Origin: an uncultured Lachnospiraceae bacterium
GTDB taxonomy: Bacteria; Bacillota; Clostridia; Lachnospirales; Lachnospiraceae
NCBI GenBank assembly: GCA_910577675.1
Contig: CAJTOR010000005.1
Coordinates: forward strand, 1 to 28,874
DNA: 28,874 nucleotides
Reading direction: 5' to 3'
Within the stretch, counting starts at the first letter, position 1, and each line of letters opens with the position of its first letter. The translations under genes were made by a program, and so were the position numbers. The notes under the pieces were generated by a model that saw nothing but the letters and a program-made list of their open reading frames with translations, did no database searches and was not told the origin of the DNA. Of the stretch, positions 7,913 to 18,058 are shown in pieces.

Positions 7913-9922
7913 ATGCGGAAGCACAAAAAGGTAGCGGGTATTTCGGCAGCAATGGCAGCAGTGTTTTTTGTAGGTGTATGTTCTGATTTTCGCTTAGGTT
8001 CTGCGGGGAGCGGGAACATGAAAGACGGGACGATCCTCGATATTGCTGCGGCAGGAGCTATTACATATGCGAGCGAAACGGGGGTGCCTGTCGGCAAGTA
8101 CAGGCTTGCAGCGTCGCTTGCAGCTGGGGGCGAACTGTTCCGGGGGATTTATTCCGGCAGCGGGGAATCCCTTTATACAAGTTTGTTTGCGATGCAGGAT
8201 GGTTTGAGAAGCAGTGAGGGAACCAATGGCGATATGCCTGGGAACTCTGGAGAAGGCGAAAACGAAGCCGGGCTGCCGGAAGAGGGGGGAGTGGCACCCG
8301 CTAATGGGTTGGACGGTGACGGGACAATAGCGGGCGATCCTGATAGTGTGGATGGGAGCTCGACAGACGGGGATATGGCACCGGATGGGAACATTCCTTC
8401 TAATGATCCGTCCGATGCCCCGGATGGAACGGGGGAGCCTGGGGATAATACCGATGGGGATGGACAGACACAGGAACCTTTTGTCCCAGTTGATATCTCC
8501 GGCAGTGAGGGTGTGGGTTCCGATGATAATCTTTACCTTCCGGATGAGGGCGAGGGGATTGTTGACGAGGAACCAGCGCCGGAGTTTTACTCCCAGGGAG
8601 TTTCGCACAGTTCGGTTGCGGATATCCAGCAGCGTTTGATGGATCTGGGATTTATGGATTATTCGGAGCCGACGATGTATTATGGTTCCATCACGGCAAA
8701 AGCGGTGGAAATGTTCCAGCGCCAGCACGATTTGAAGCAGGACGGAATTATCGGACCTGAAACGAGAGAATTGCTGTTTTCTGACGATGCGAGGTATTAT
8801 CTTGCAAAGGCGGGGATGGATGGCGATGATATCAAACGCATCCAGCGAAGACTCTATGAGATGGGCTATCTTGCGAAATCCGAGTATGTTACTGGGCACT
8901 TTGGTGATGTTACCGAGGCGGCGGTCAAGCAGATGCAGCAGAACAATGGTCTTGCTGCGGACGGCAAGGTGGGGCATGACACAATGGAAATGCTCTACAG
9001 CGAAACAGCCAGGGCAAATATAGTTTCTTACGGCGATAAGAGTGATGTGGTGCTTGCCTGCCAGGAGCGCCTGAAGGAATTGGGGTATCTCACGACAAAA
9101 CCGGACGGGCAGTACGGCAATGATACGGTTGCGGCAGTCAAACAGTTCCAGTCAAGGAATGACCTTGTGGTGGACGGTTTCTTAGGACCTACAACAATGC
9201 AGGTATTGAACGGTTCCGATGCGGTTGCCAACGGTATGATGATTGGTGAGAGCGGTGATACGGTAAAACGTGTACAGGAGCTTCTTGCAAGATATGGTTA
9301 TATGTCCTCCTCCAACTGTACCGGATATTTCGGTGAGGTGACGGAGGAAGCAGTCAAGGCATTCCAGAAAAAGAACGGTTTGACAGCGGACGGAAATGTC
9401 GGCATGAAGACGATGGCAAAACTGACAAGCGGTGATCCGGTTAAAGCGGGCGCGGGCACGCAGGGAAGCAGCAGTAGTTCTTCCTCCTCATCCTCGAGTA
9501 ATAAGGGCAATTCTTCTTCCAGCTCGGGCAGTTCCTCCTCCGGAAGCGTCAGCACGGGTAGTGCGAGTGTGTCTGCGCTGCTTAAAGTGGCGAAATCAAA
9601 GCTGGGCAAACCATATGTTTACGGTGCGAAGGGACCGAATGCATTTGACTGTTCGGGCTATGTTTACTGGTGCCTGAACCAGGTTGGGATCAAACAGAGC
9701 TATGTGACATCCTACGGATGGCGCACAATCGGAAAATATCAGAAGATAACGAGTTTTTCAAGTATCAAGGCGGGCGATATCGTTGTCGTTAGGGGACATG
9801 TCGGCATTGCGGCGGGAAATGGTATGGTCTATGATGCTTCCTCGAGTAGCGGCAAGATTGTATACCGTTCGCTCGGTTCATGGTGGAAGAATAATTTCAT
9901 TTGCGCTTGGAGGATTTTCTAA
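7913..9922 (+). CDS. Secreted or lipid-anchored cell-wall hydrolase: signal peptide, acidic Gly/Asp/Pro-rich region, five PG_binding_1-like repeats, Ser-rich linker, C-terminal NlpC/P60 endopeptidase domain
   Basis: N-terminal sequence MRKHKKVAGISAAMAAVFFVGVCSD is signal/lipobox-like. The unit ...QQRLxxLGYxxxxDGxxGxxTxxAVKxFQxxNxLxxDGxxG... recurs five times. The C-terminal sequence DCSGYVYWC...GHVGI carries the NlpC/P60 Cys-His catalytic pair. GGAGG RBS present. Confidence 0.88.
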   Translation: MRKHKKVAGISAAMAAVFFVGVCSDFRLGSAGSGNMKDGTILDIAAAGAITYASETGVPVGKYRLAASLAAGGELFRGIYSGSGESLYTSLFAMQDGLRSSEGTNGDMPGNSGEGENEAGLPEEGGVAPANGLDGDGTIAGDPDSVDGSSTDGDMAPDGNIPSNDPSDAPDGTGEPGDNTDGDGQTQEPFVPVDISGSEGVGSDDNLYLPDEGEGIVDEEPAPEFYSQGVSHSSVADIQQRLMDLGFMDYSEPTMYYGSITAKAVEMFQRQHDLKQDGIIGPETRELLFSDDARYYLAKAGMDGDDIKRIQRRLYEMGYLAKSEYVTGHFGDVTEAAVKQMQQNNGLAADGKVGHDTMEMLYSETARANIVSYGDKSDVVLACQERLKELGYLTTKPDGQYGNDTVAAVKQFQSRNDLVVDGFLGPTTMQVLNGSDAVANGMMIGESGDTVKRVQELLARYGYMSSSNCTGYFGEVTEEAVKAFQKKNGLTADGNVGMKTMAKLTSGDPVKAGAGTQGSSSSSSSSSSSNKGNSSSSSGSSSSGSVSTGSASVSALLKVAKSKLGKPYVYGAKGPNAFDCSGYVYWCLNQVGIKQSYVTSYGWRTIGKYQKITSFSSIKAGDIVVVRGHVGIAAGNGMVYDASSSSGKIVYRSLGSWWKNNFICAWRIF

Positions 9923-10011
9923 TTTTTAATTTGGTGTTTTGCCCGGAATTTTTGACCGTAAAGGATATAAGGGGCGGCGGGGCAGTTATAAGATGAAAAA
10001 AATAGCAGGGG

Positions 10012-10064
10012 GTTGCCATATGGGCGGTGAAAGCCGCTTTGGTGGCAACTCTCTGTTGTTTTGT
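10012..10064 (+). terminator. Candidate intrinsic terminator downstream of the NlpC/P60 gene
   Basis: Stem GTTGCCA...TGGCAAC enclosing GCGG-tgaaa-GCCGC, followed by tctctgttgttttgtt. Confidence 0.4.
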
Positions 10065-10164
10065 TAAATATATGTGGTTATTTATGTATGAGCGGAAGTG
10101 GGTATATTATCCTATCAGAGAAGTCCACCTCCCCTAAGTCGTAAGGATAAAAGTGGTGGGATCT

Positions 10165-10204
10165 CTTTGTGTCAGGTGGTGGATAAGCCCCATCTGACAC
10201 AAAG
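10165..10204. repeat. Perfect 11-bp inverted repeat (CTTTGTGTCAG / CTGACACAAAG) with 18-nt loop, in the convergent intergenic region
   Basis: Read directly. Flanked by G-rich GGTGG motifs. On the minus strand a T-run follows ~14 nt after the stem, so it may serve as a terminator for the oxidoreductase gene or as an operator or structured RNA. Confidence 0.5.
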
Positions 10205-10274
10205 GGTGGCATGGGGGTATGGGGAAGCAGCGGTGCAGATTGCGAATTTTTGTTGGCTCTATATACTATAAGAA

Positions 10275-11348
10275 TCAGCGCATCACAGAAAATGTTTTCG
10301 CCATTGTGCCAACCAGGCTCCATTGGCGCTTCATATAGCAGGAAAGTTCCGATGTGCTTTTTCTGTAGACGGAAAGCGCTCCTGTAGGATTTGTAAAATT
10401 TTGTAAGATGGCATCCGCCGCGCAGGCGGCACTCTCCATTGCCGCGGAGATTCCCTCGCCCATCGGATTCAGAAAGCCGGCAGCCTCGCCCGCAAAAAGG
10501 ACACGGCCAACCCCATGGCAGATCGGACAGCCCGGCTTTATGTATGGGAGCAGCCAGCGGTCAACCCTTTCTTCACGGTCGATAATAAGTCCGTGCTTTT
10601 CTTTCATATAGTTCAGGAACTGCGCATAATAAAAAGCTTCCATGCTTTTATTTTTTACGGAAACCCCAAGTACAAGCAGGTCATCCTTAACATTGAACCA
10701 CGCATCATACTCGGAAAGTTCGGGTTGGAGGTAGGCGTAAAAATAGTGGGGGTCAAGTCGGATACTCCCTGTGTTAAATGTCTGGTATGTTGTGATATAA
10801 TCGGGTTTTGCCCCGGTAAGCTGGCGCATAATTGTGCCGGTGACACCTTCGCAATCAATAACATAACGGGCGGATTCCTCCACGTTAATGCCATCCTTTT
10901 TTTGGAAAAGAATCCGGATCGGCGCATCCGTTTCGGATTTTTCATAATCCCCGGACAATTTGCAGGAAATCTCCTGTTTACAGGAGAGTGCCGTAAGCCC
11001 ATCGATAAGGTTTGCACCTGCTGCCGCTGCTTTTGTTGCAAGCCAGGAATCAAATGAGCTGCGCCACACGTTAAGCCCCGGCTGTTCAAAAAGGAAGGAA
11101 CGCCCGGCATCGTCGGTAAAAACCATCCCTCGGTTTTGGGCGGGGCGGCAGGTTGTGGAAGAAGGGACGGGTTCGCCAAAATAGCGCTCCACCAGTGTAA
11201 GGCTTTTCTTTATTAGCTGTCCCGAACAGGACTTATAGCGCGGCATTTTATACTTTTCAGCCAGAAGAACCCGCAAGCCATTCTCCGCCAGTAATTTTGC
11301 AGCGGTTGCCCCCGCGGGACCCGCGCCGATTACGATCACATCGTACAT
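10275..11348 (-). CDS. FAD-dependent oxidoreductase, geranylgeranyl-reductase-like family
   Basis: N-terminal Rossmann dinucleotide-binding motif MYDVIVIGAGPAGATAAKLLAENGLRVLLAEK. The second FAD motif GRVLFAGEAAGFLNP is typical of the GG-reductase family. GGAGG RBS lies 7 nt upstream of the ATG. Confidence 0.82.
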   Translation of the reverse strand: MYDVIVIGAGPAGATAAKLLAENGLRVLLAEKYKMPRYKSCSGQLIKKSLTLVERYFGEPVPSSTTCRPAQNRGMVFTDDAGRSFLFEQPGLNVWRSSFDSWLATKAAAAGANLIDGLTALSCKQEISCKLSGDYEKSETDAPIRILFQKKDGINVEESARYVIDCEGVTGTIMRQLTGAKPDYITTYQTFNTGSIRLDPHYFYAYLQPELSEYDAWFNVKDDLLVLGVSVKNKSMEAFYYAQFLNYMKEKHGLIIDREERVDRWLLPYIKPGCPICHGVGRVLFAGEAAGFLNPMGEGISAAMESAACAADAILQNFTNPTGALSVYRKSTSELSCYMKRQWSLVGTMAKTFSVMR

Positions 11349-11503
11349 GGGATACCTCCATAAAGTTTATTGCGGACAGTTTATCATATTCCGGATTCGG
11401 GTACAAAAAACAAAATAAAGAGAATAAGGGAGGATATGAGAGTATAAGCGAGTATAATTAATAAATACTAATAAAATTAATACATATCGAAACATATAGC
11501 AAG

Positions 11504-11532
11504 TTGCATTTTCAGCCACTTTTCACTAATAT
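11504..11532 (+). promoter_or_regulatory. Sigma-A-like groESL promoter (-35 TTGCAT 11504-11509, 17-nt spacer, -10 TAATAT 11527-11532)
   Basis: Read from sequence. Sits immediately upstream of CIRCE, the canonical arrangement. Confidence 0.5.
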
Positions 11533-11544
11533 ATAGGTTAATGA

Positions 11545-11571
11545 TTAGCACTCGATATCACTGAGTGCTAA
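11545..11571 (+). promoter_or_regulatory. CIRCE operator (HrcA binding site) TTAGCACTC-N9-GAGTGCTAA
   Basis: Perfect match to the CIRCE consensus (ttagcactc gatatcact gagtgctaa), ~50 nt upstream of groES. Confidence 0.92.
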
Positions 11572-11622
11572 TAACGACAAAAAATGAGCCGTCATGGGCG
11601 GCGGTTGAAGGAGGAATTCATT

Positions 11623-11910
11623 ATGAAGTTAGTACCGTTAGGTGACAAGGTTGTGTTAAAGCAGCTCGTTGCAGAAGAAACGACAAAATCCGGTATCGTC
11701 CTGCCAGGTCAGGCAAAGGAAAAGCCGCAGCAGGCGGAAGTGATCGCAGTAGGACCGGGCGGCGTGGTTGACGGCAAGGAAGTTACAATGCAGGTGAAAG
11801 TCGGCGACAAAGTTATTTTCTCGAAATATTCCGGCACCGAGGTAAAGCTTGGCGAGGATGAGTATATTGTTGTAAAGCAGAACGATATCGTGGCGATTGT
11901 GGAGGACTAA
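11623..11910 (+). CDS. groES: Co-chaperonin GroES (Hsp10)
   Basis: Sequence MKLVPLGDKVVLKQ...IVLP...EYIVVKQNDIVAIVED. Start placed at the ATG preceded by GGAGG (the ORF track's longer N-terminus lacks an RBS). Confidence 0.95.
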   Translation: MKLVPLGDKVVLKQLVAEETTKSGIVLPGQAKEKPQQAEVIAVGPGGVVDGKEVTMQVKVGDKVIFSKYSGTEVKLGEDEYIVVKQNDIVAIVED

Positions 11911-11946
11911 TACTGATACGGCAGAAAGCAGTAACAGTAAGGCTAG

Positions 11947-13599
<1,653 letters not shown>

Positions 13600-13639
13600 G
13601 GGGCAGGAAAATTAGCTCTTAAATATTCGCTATAAAAAA

Positions 13640-13671
13640 GACAGCATGGGTGTGCCCATGCTGTCTTTTGT
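13640..13671 (+). terminator. Rho-independent terminator of groESL
   Basis: Perfect 11-bp stem GACAGCATGGG-tgtg-CCCATGCTGTC followed by TTTTG. Confidence 0.85.
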
Positions 13672-13832
13672 TAAATTCCTATAAAAACTCTTCCTTTTTT
13701 CCGCGAAATAGAGTATAATTAGTCTATTATATGGCGGCGGGCTTTAGAATGGCCTGTCCCATGGCACCTTGTCTGCGCTGTCGGCAGGGGATATGCGGCA
13801 TTAATACGGCAGCGCAGAAATGGGGAAAATTT

Positions 13833-14339
13833 ATGAACGAATCTTATGCGGAAGCGTCGGTAAAACAGAAGGCATCGCCGGTCAACCTGCTGATTAAAGT
13901 ATTGCTGGTTGCGGCTGTTATTTTTGTACTTCTGTTTGGTATGGCGTATTTCGGACCGTTCGCCATCGTGGCGGTGGGCGTGCTGATTTTGGTATGTGTG
14001 CTTGTCTTCCCGTACCTTAGCGTGGAGGTTGAGTATGTTTTTTGCGACGGCCAGCTTGATTTCGATAAAATCTACAGCGGCAACAAGCGCAAGACCGCGA
14101 TGCGCATTGATTTTGAGAACGTGGAACAGATGGCACCATCGGGCTCGCATGCCCTTGATTCCTACCAGAATAACCCGAATGTAAAGACGGTTGATTTTAC
14201 GTCGAAGGAGCGGGATATAAAGCCGTATGTGATTATTGTCCGCCAGGGGGAGCAGCTGACAAAGATTTTGTTTGAGCCGAGCGAGAAGATGGTGGCGATG
14301 ATAAAGCAGAAAGCGCCGAGGAAGGTTTCCGATTACTAA
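13833..14339 (+). CDS. Small membrane protein of unknown function (two adjacent TM helices, then ~110-aa soluble domain), immediately upstream of guaB
   Basis: ORF with hydrophobic stretches LLIKVLLVAAVIFVLLFGMAYFGPFAIVAVGVLILVCVLVF. Start chosen at MNESY (weak GGGGA SD). The longer ORF-track N-terminus is Cys/Arg-rich with no RBS and overlaps the promoter region. Confidence 0.5.
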   Translation: MNESYAEASVKQKASPVNLLIKVLLVAAVIFVLLFGMAYFGPFAIVAVGVLILVCVLVFPYLSVEVEYVFCDGQLDFDKIYSGNKRKTAMRIDFENVEQMAPSGSHALDSYQNNPNVKTVDFTSKERDIKPYVIIVRQGEQLTKILFEPSEKMVAMIKQKAPRKVSDY

Positions 14340-14363
14340 AGCGGTTGGGAACAAAAAACATAG

Positions 14364-14392
14364 TTGACATTGTCCGAAAAAGAGGTTATAAT
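14364..14392 (+). promoter_or_regulatory. Strong sigma-A promoter for guaB (-35 TTGACA 14364-14369, 17-nt spacer, -10 TATAAT 14387-14392)
   Basis: Consensus hexamers with ideal spacing, ~55 nt upstream of the guaB ATG. Confidence 0.7.
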
Positions 14393-14421
14393 CTTACAAA
14401 TTATCATCTGCAAAATCATAA

Positions 14422-15903
<1,482 letters not shown>

Positions 15904-15911
15904 GACATAAA

Positions 15912-15953
15912 GGCCCCGGTTCCTTATCATGAAAGGGGCCGGGGCTATTTTAT
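15912..15953 (+). terminator. Rho-independent terminator after guaB
   Basis: GC-rich hairpin GGCCCCGG...CCGGGGC followed by tattttat. Confidence 0.7.
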
Positions 15954-16098
15954 GCGCAAGTCCTGTGCGGAGTATGACGGGGCGCGCTGTGGGCAGGGAA
16001 AGTCTAGCCTGCCTGGTTTTTGCGGTTGCCCGCAGGGCATGTAGGATAGGACATTCGGCAGTAAAAGGCTGTGCAGATAGTAGATGGAGAGGGCGGTT

Positions 16099-16803
16099 AT
16101 GGCGAAAGTATTGTCAAAGGAAGAATGGAAAAAAAGAAAAAAACTCTATGCTTATTTAAAACTTGTGGTTGCAGCCATGCTGGCACTCCTGATTGTGCTT
16201 ATCCTGCTGATTGGCTTGATAAAGGTGGTGAAGAACCTGTTTTCGAAAGGAAGCCCTGAGGCACCAGTCGCGCCTACAATGAAGCAGGAGCTTGACATTA
16301 CGGAACTTTTTCTGACCCCGAATGGTTATACAAGACCGCAGAACCCGCTGAAAGAGGTGAAGGGGATTGTGATCCACTATGTTGCGAATTCCGGCAGCAG
16401 TGCGGTGGAAAACCGGAATTATTACGAGGGATTAAAGAGCAACAGCACCTCAAAAACAGCGGAAAGCTGTCATTTTATTATTGATCTTGACGGCAGCATC
16501 GTGCAGTGTATCCCGCTTGACGAGATCGCCTGCGCTTCCGGTGCGCGCAACGAGGACACAATTGCGATCACCTTTTGCCATCCGCAAATAGACGGGGAAC
16601 CGACGGCGCAGACCTATGATAGTCTTTTGAAACTGACAACCTATCTGTGCACGAAGTACGGGCTGACGAAGGAAGCAGTGATGCGTCATTCCGATCTTGG
16701 CGACCAGTCCTGCCCGAAATATTTTGACGACCAGGAAGGAAAGTGGGCGGCATTTTTGGCAGAACTTGATACGGCGGTGGGCAAGGCGGAAAAGAAGCAG
16801 TAA
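16099..16803 (+). CDS. Membrane-anchored N-acetylmuramoyl-L-alanine amidase (Amidase_2 / PGRP-like domain)
   Basis: N-terminal TM sequence LVVAAMLALLIVLILLIGLI. The catalytic domain has GIVIHYVANSG, CHFIIDLDGSIVQCIPLDEIACASG and the terminal ...HSDLGDQSCP motif typical of zinc amidase_2 enzymes. Start set at MAKVL after a GGAGAGGG RBS. Confidence 0.82.
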   Translation: MAKVLSKEEWKKRKKLYAYLKLVVAAMLALLIVLILLIGLIKVVKNLFSKGSPEAPVAPTMKQELDITELFLTPNGYTRPQNPLKEVKGIVIHYVANSGSSAVENRNYYEGLKSNSTSKTAESCHFIIDLDGSIVQCIPLDEIACASGARNEDTIAITFCHPQIDGEPTAQTYDSLLKLTTYLCTKYGLTKEAVMRHSDLGDQSCPKYFDDQEGKWAAFLAELDTAVGKAEKKQ

Positions 16804-16836
16804 GTTTTTTGATTGTTTAGGAGGTTCCGGCCGGAA

Positions 16837-17271
16837 ATGGATTACAAATTTTATGGATGGGAGCATGCGGATGCCCCAGCAATTACGGATGAATTCAGCG
16901 GTATCAAAACACCGATTGATCTCTATGATGCACTGTCCGACCTGTGGTGCGGGTATACCTGCGCGCCGAGAATGCGGGGAAATTGGACGAAGGAGAACAA
17001 AACACTCGGGCAGTGCTCAATCACCGCTTTCCTGGCGCAGGATATTTTTGGCGGCAAGGTCTATGGGATTTTGCGGGATGGCGGGAATTACCACTGCTAT
17101 AATGTGGTTTCAGACTGTGTGTTTGACCTTACCAGCGAGCAGTTCGGGAATGAAGTGTTAAACTATACCGATAATCCCGAACAGTTCAGGGAAGTCCATT
17201 TTGCAAAGGAGGAAAAGCGGCAGCGCTACGAATATCTCAGGAATGAACTGAAAAAACGTTTTTCTGTCTAG
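16837..17271 (+). CDS. Hypothetical cytoplasmic protein (possibly YunG-like, a DUF family of unknown function)
   Basis: ORF with GGAGG RBS 9 nt upstream of ATG at 16837. No TM or signal peptide. The family assignment is a recollection only. Confidence 0.55.
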   Translation: MDYKFYGWEHADAPAITDEFSGIKTPIDLYDALSDLWCGYTCAPRMRGNWTKENKTLGQCSITAFLAQDIFGGKVYGILRDGGNYHCYNVVSDCVFDLTSEQFGNEVLNYTDNPEQFREVHFAKEEKRQRYEYLRNELKKRFSV

Positions 17272-17956
17272 CAGCACAAGGAGCAGGTTTGGACAGATGG
17301 TTTTGCAGGTGGGAAAGGACTGCCGCCGCCAATAGCAAAAACAGGATGATCCCCATTCCGCAGCACAGGAAGTACCGCTCCGGCAGAATTGTGATTATAG
17401 GGTCGGTAGCAGCATCAAAAATCCAGTCATTGTTATCAAAAAGGATATGGTGCATCCGGTAGAAAGCGCTGTGGAAATCAAAAAGGAAGAGGAGCAGGCA
17501 GGCAAAGGGGACAATAACACAGAGCCGTGCAGTAAAGTGGAGGGTACGGGAAAATTCGGCAGGAAGGTTAGCGGGGATTTGAAGTCTGCTTTTCAGGCAC
17601 CTCTTGCCCCTTCCCCACACTTTGAGGGCAATGAGCAGAACCCCTGCAAAGAAACAGACCGGAACAGCAAGGGACAGATAGGAAAACAATGTCTTTGTTT
17701 CGGCAAAATGTGACAGCGCGGAGGGCGAGGAAGGAAAATCGGGGAAGGAGAGGCTGCCCCGGTAGAACAGCGAACAGTATTCAATCAGGTGGTCATAGTT
17801 CCTTAAAACCACCTCCTTTGTCAGCCCGCTTTCGGATATAATTTTGAGCGGCTGTGCAAGCAGATGGTAAAACCCCCGGCAGTGGATTATCAAAGTGGTG
17901 CCAAGGCAGACCAGGGCGATAAAAAATAAAAATCCGGAAATAAAAGTAAAGAGCAA
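17237..17956 (-). CDS. Integral membrane protein of unknown function (about five hydrophobic segments), TTG start
   Basis: 239-aa ORF with strongly hydrophobic helices. Only a TTG start is available. A GGGAGG lies 7 nt upstream of it on the minus strand. The 3' end overlaps the upstream convergent gene by 35 nt. Confidence 0.55.
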   Translation of the reverse strand: MLFTFISGFLFFIALVCLGTTLIIHCRGFYHLLAQPLKIISESGLTKEVVLRNYDHLIEYCSLFYRGSLSFPDFPSSPSALSHFAETKTLFSYLSLAVPVCFFAGVLLIALKVWGRGKRCLKSRLQIPANLPAEFSRTLHFTARLCVIVPFACLLLFLFDFHSAFYRMHHILFDNNDWIFDAATDPIITILPERYFLCCGMGIILFLLLAAAVLSHLQNHLSKPAPCAARQKNVFSVHS

Positions 17957-17960
17957 TGGA

Positions 17961-18009
17961 AAACCCCTCCCGTGTTTTTTTAACAGTCTGCACGGAAAGG
18001 GGTTTTTTT
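17961..18009 (-). terminator. Intrinsic terminator downstream of the 789-aa minus-strand gene (hairpin AAACCCCTCCCGTG ... CACGGAAAGGGGTTT with flanking T-runs)
   Basis: Inverted repeat read directly. T-runs are on both strands. Confidence 0.55.
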
Positions 18010-18058
18010 ATGCGTGTTTAAAGATGGAATCCCTGAAATGTTAAATGACTTGCGAAGG

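Noticed and set aside
7994-8977. 327-aa minus-strand ORF inside the NlpC/P60 hydrolase gene
   Set aside because: Antisense to a gene with clear domain structure. It has Arg/Pro-rich low-information translation and no RBS.
9430-9560. Ser-rich homopolymeric tract (SSSSSSSSSSSNKGNSSSSSGSSSSGS) in the hydrolase
   Set aside because: Interpreted as a flexible interdomain linker and possible phase-variable or recombinogenic site. No evidence of slippage is visible in a single sequence.
10078-10323. 81-aa minus ORF overlapping the oxidoreductase 3' end and the palindrome region
   Set aside because: No RBS and Pro-rich composition. It overlaps a confident CDS.
13731-13832. Cys/Arg-rich N-terminal extension (MAAGFRMACPMAPCLRCRQGICG...) of the membrane-protein ORF
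   Set aside because: No RBS and it overlaps the promoter -10 region. The downstream ATG at 13833 has a plausible SD. It was noted in case it is a real metal-binding leader.
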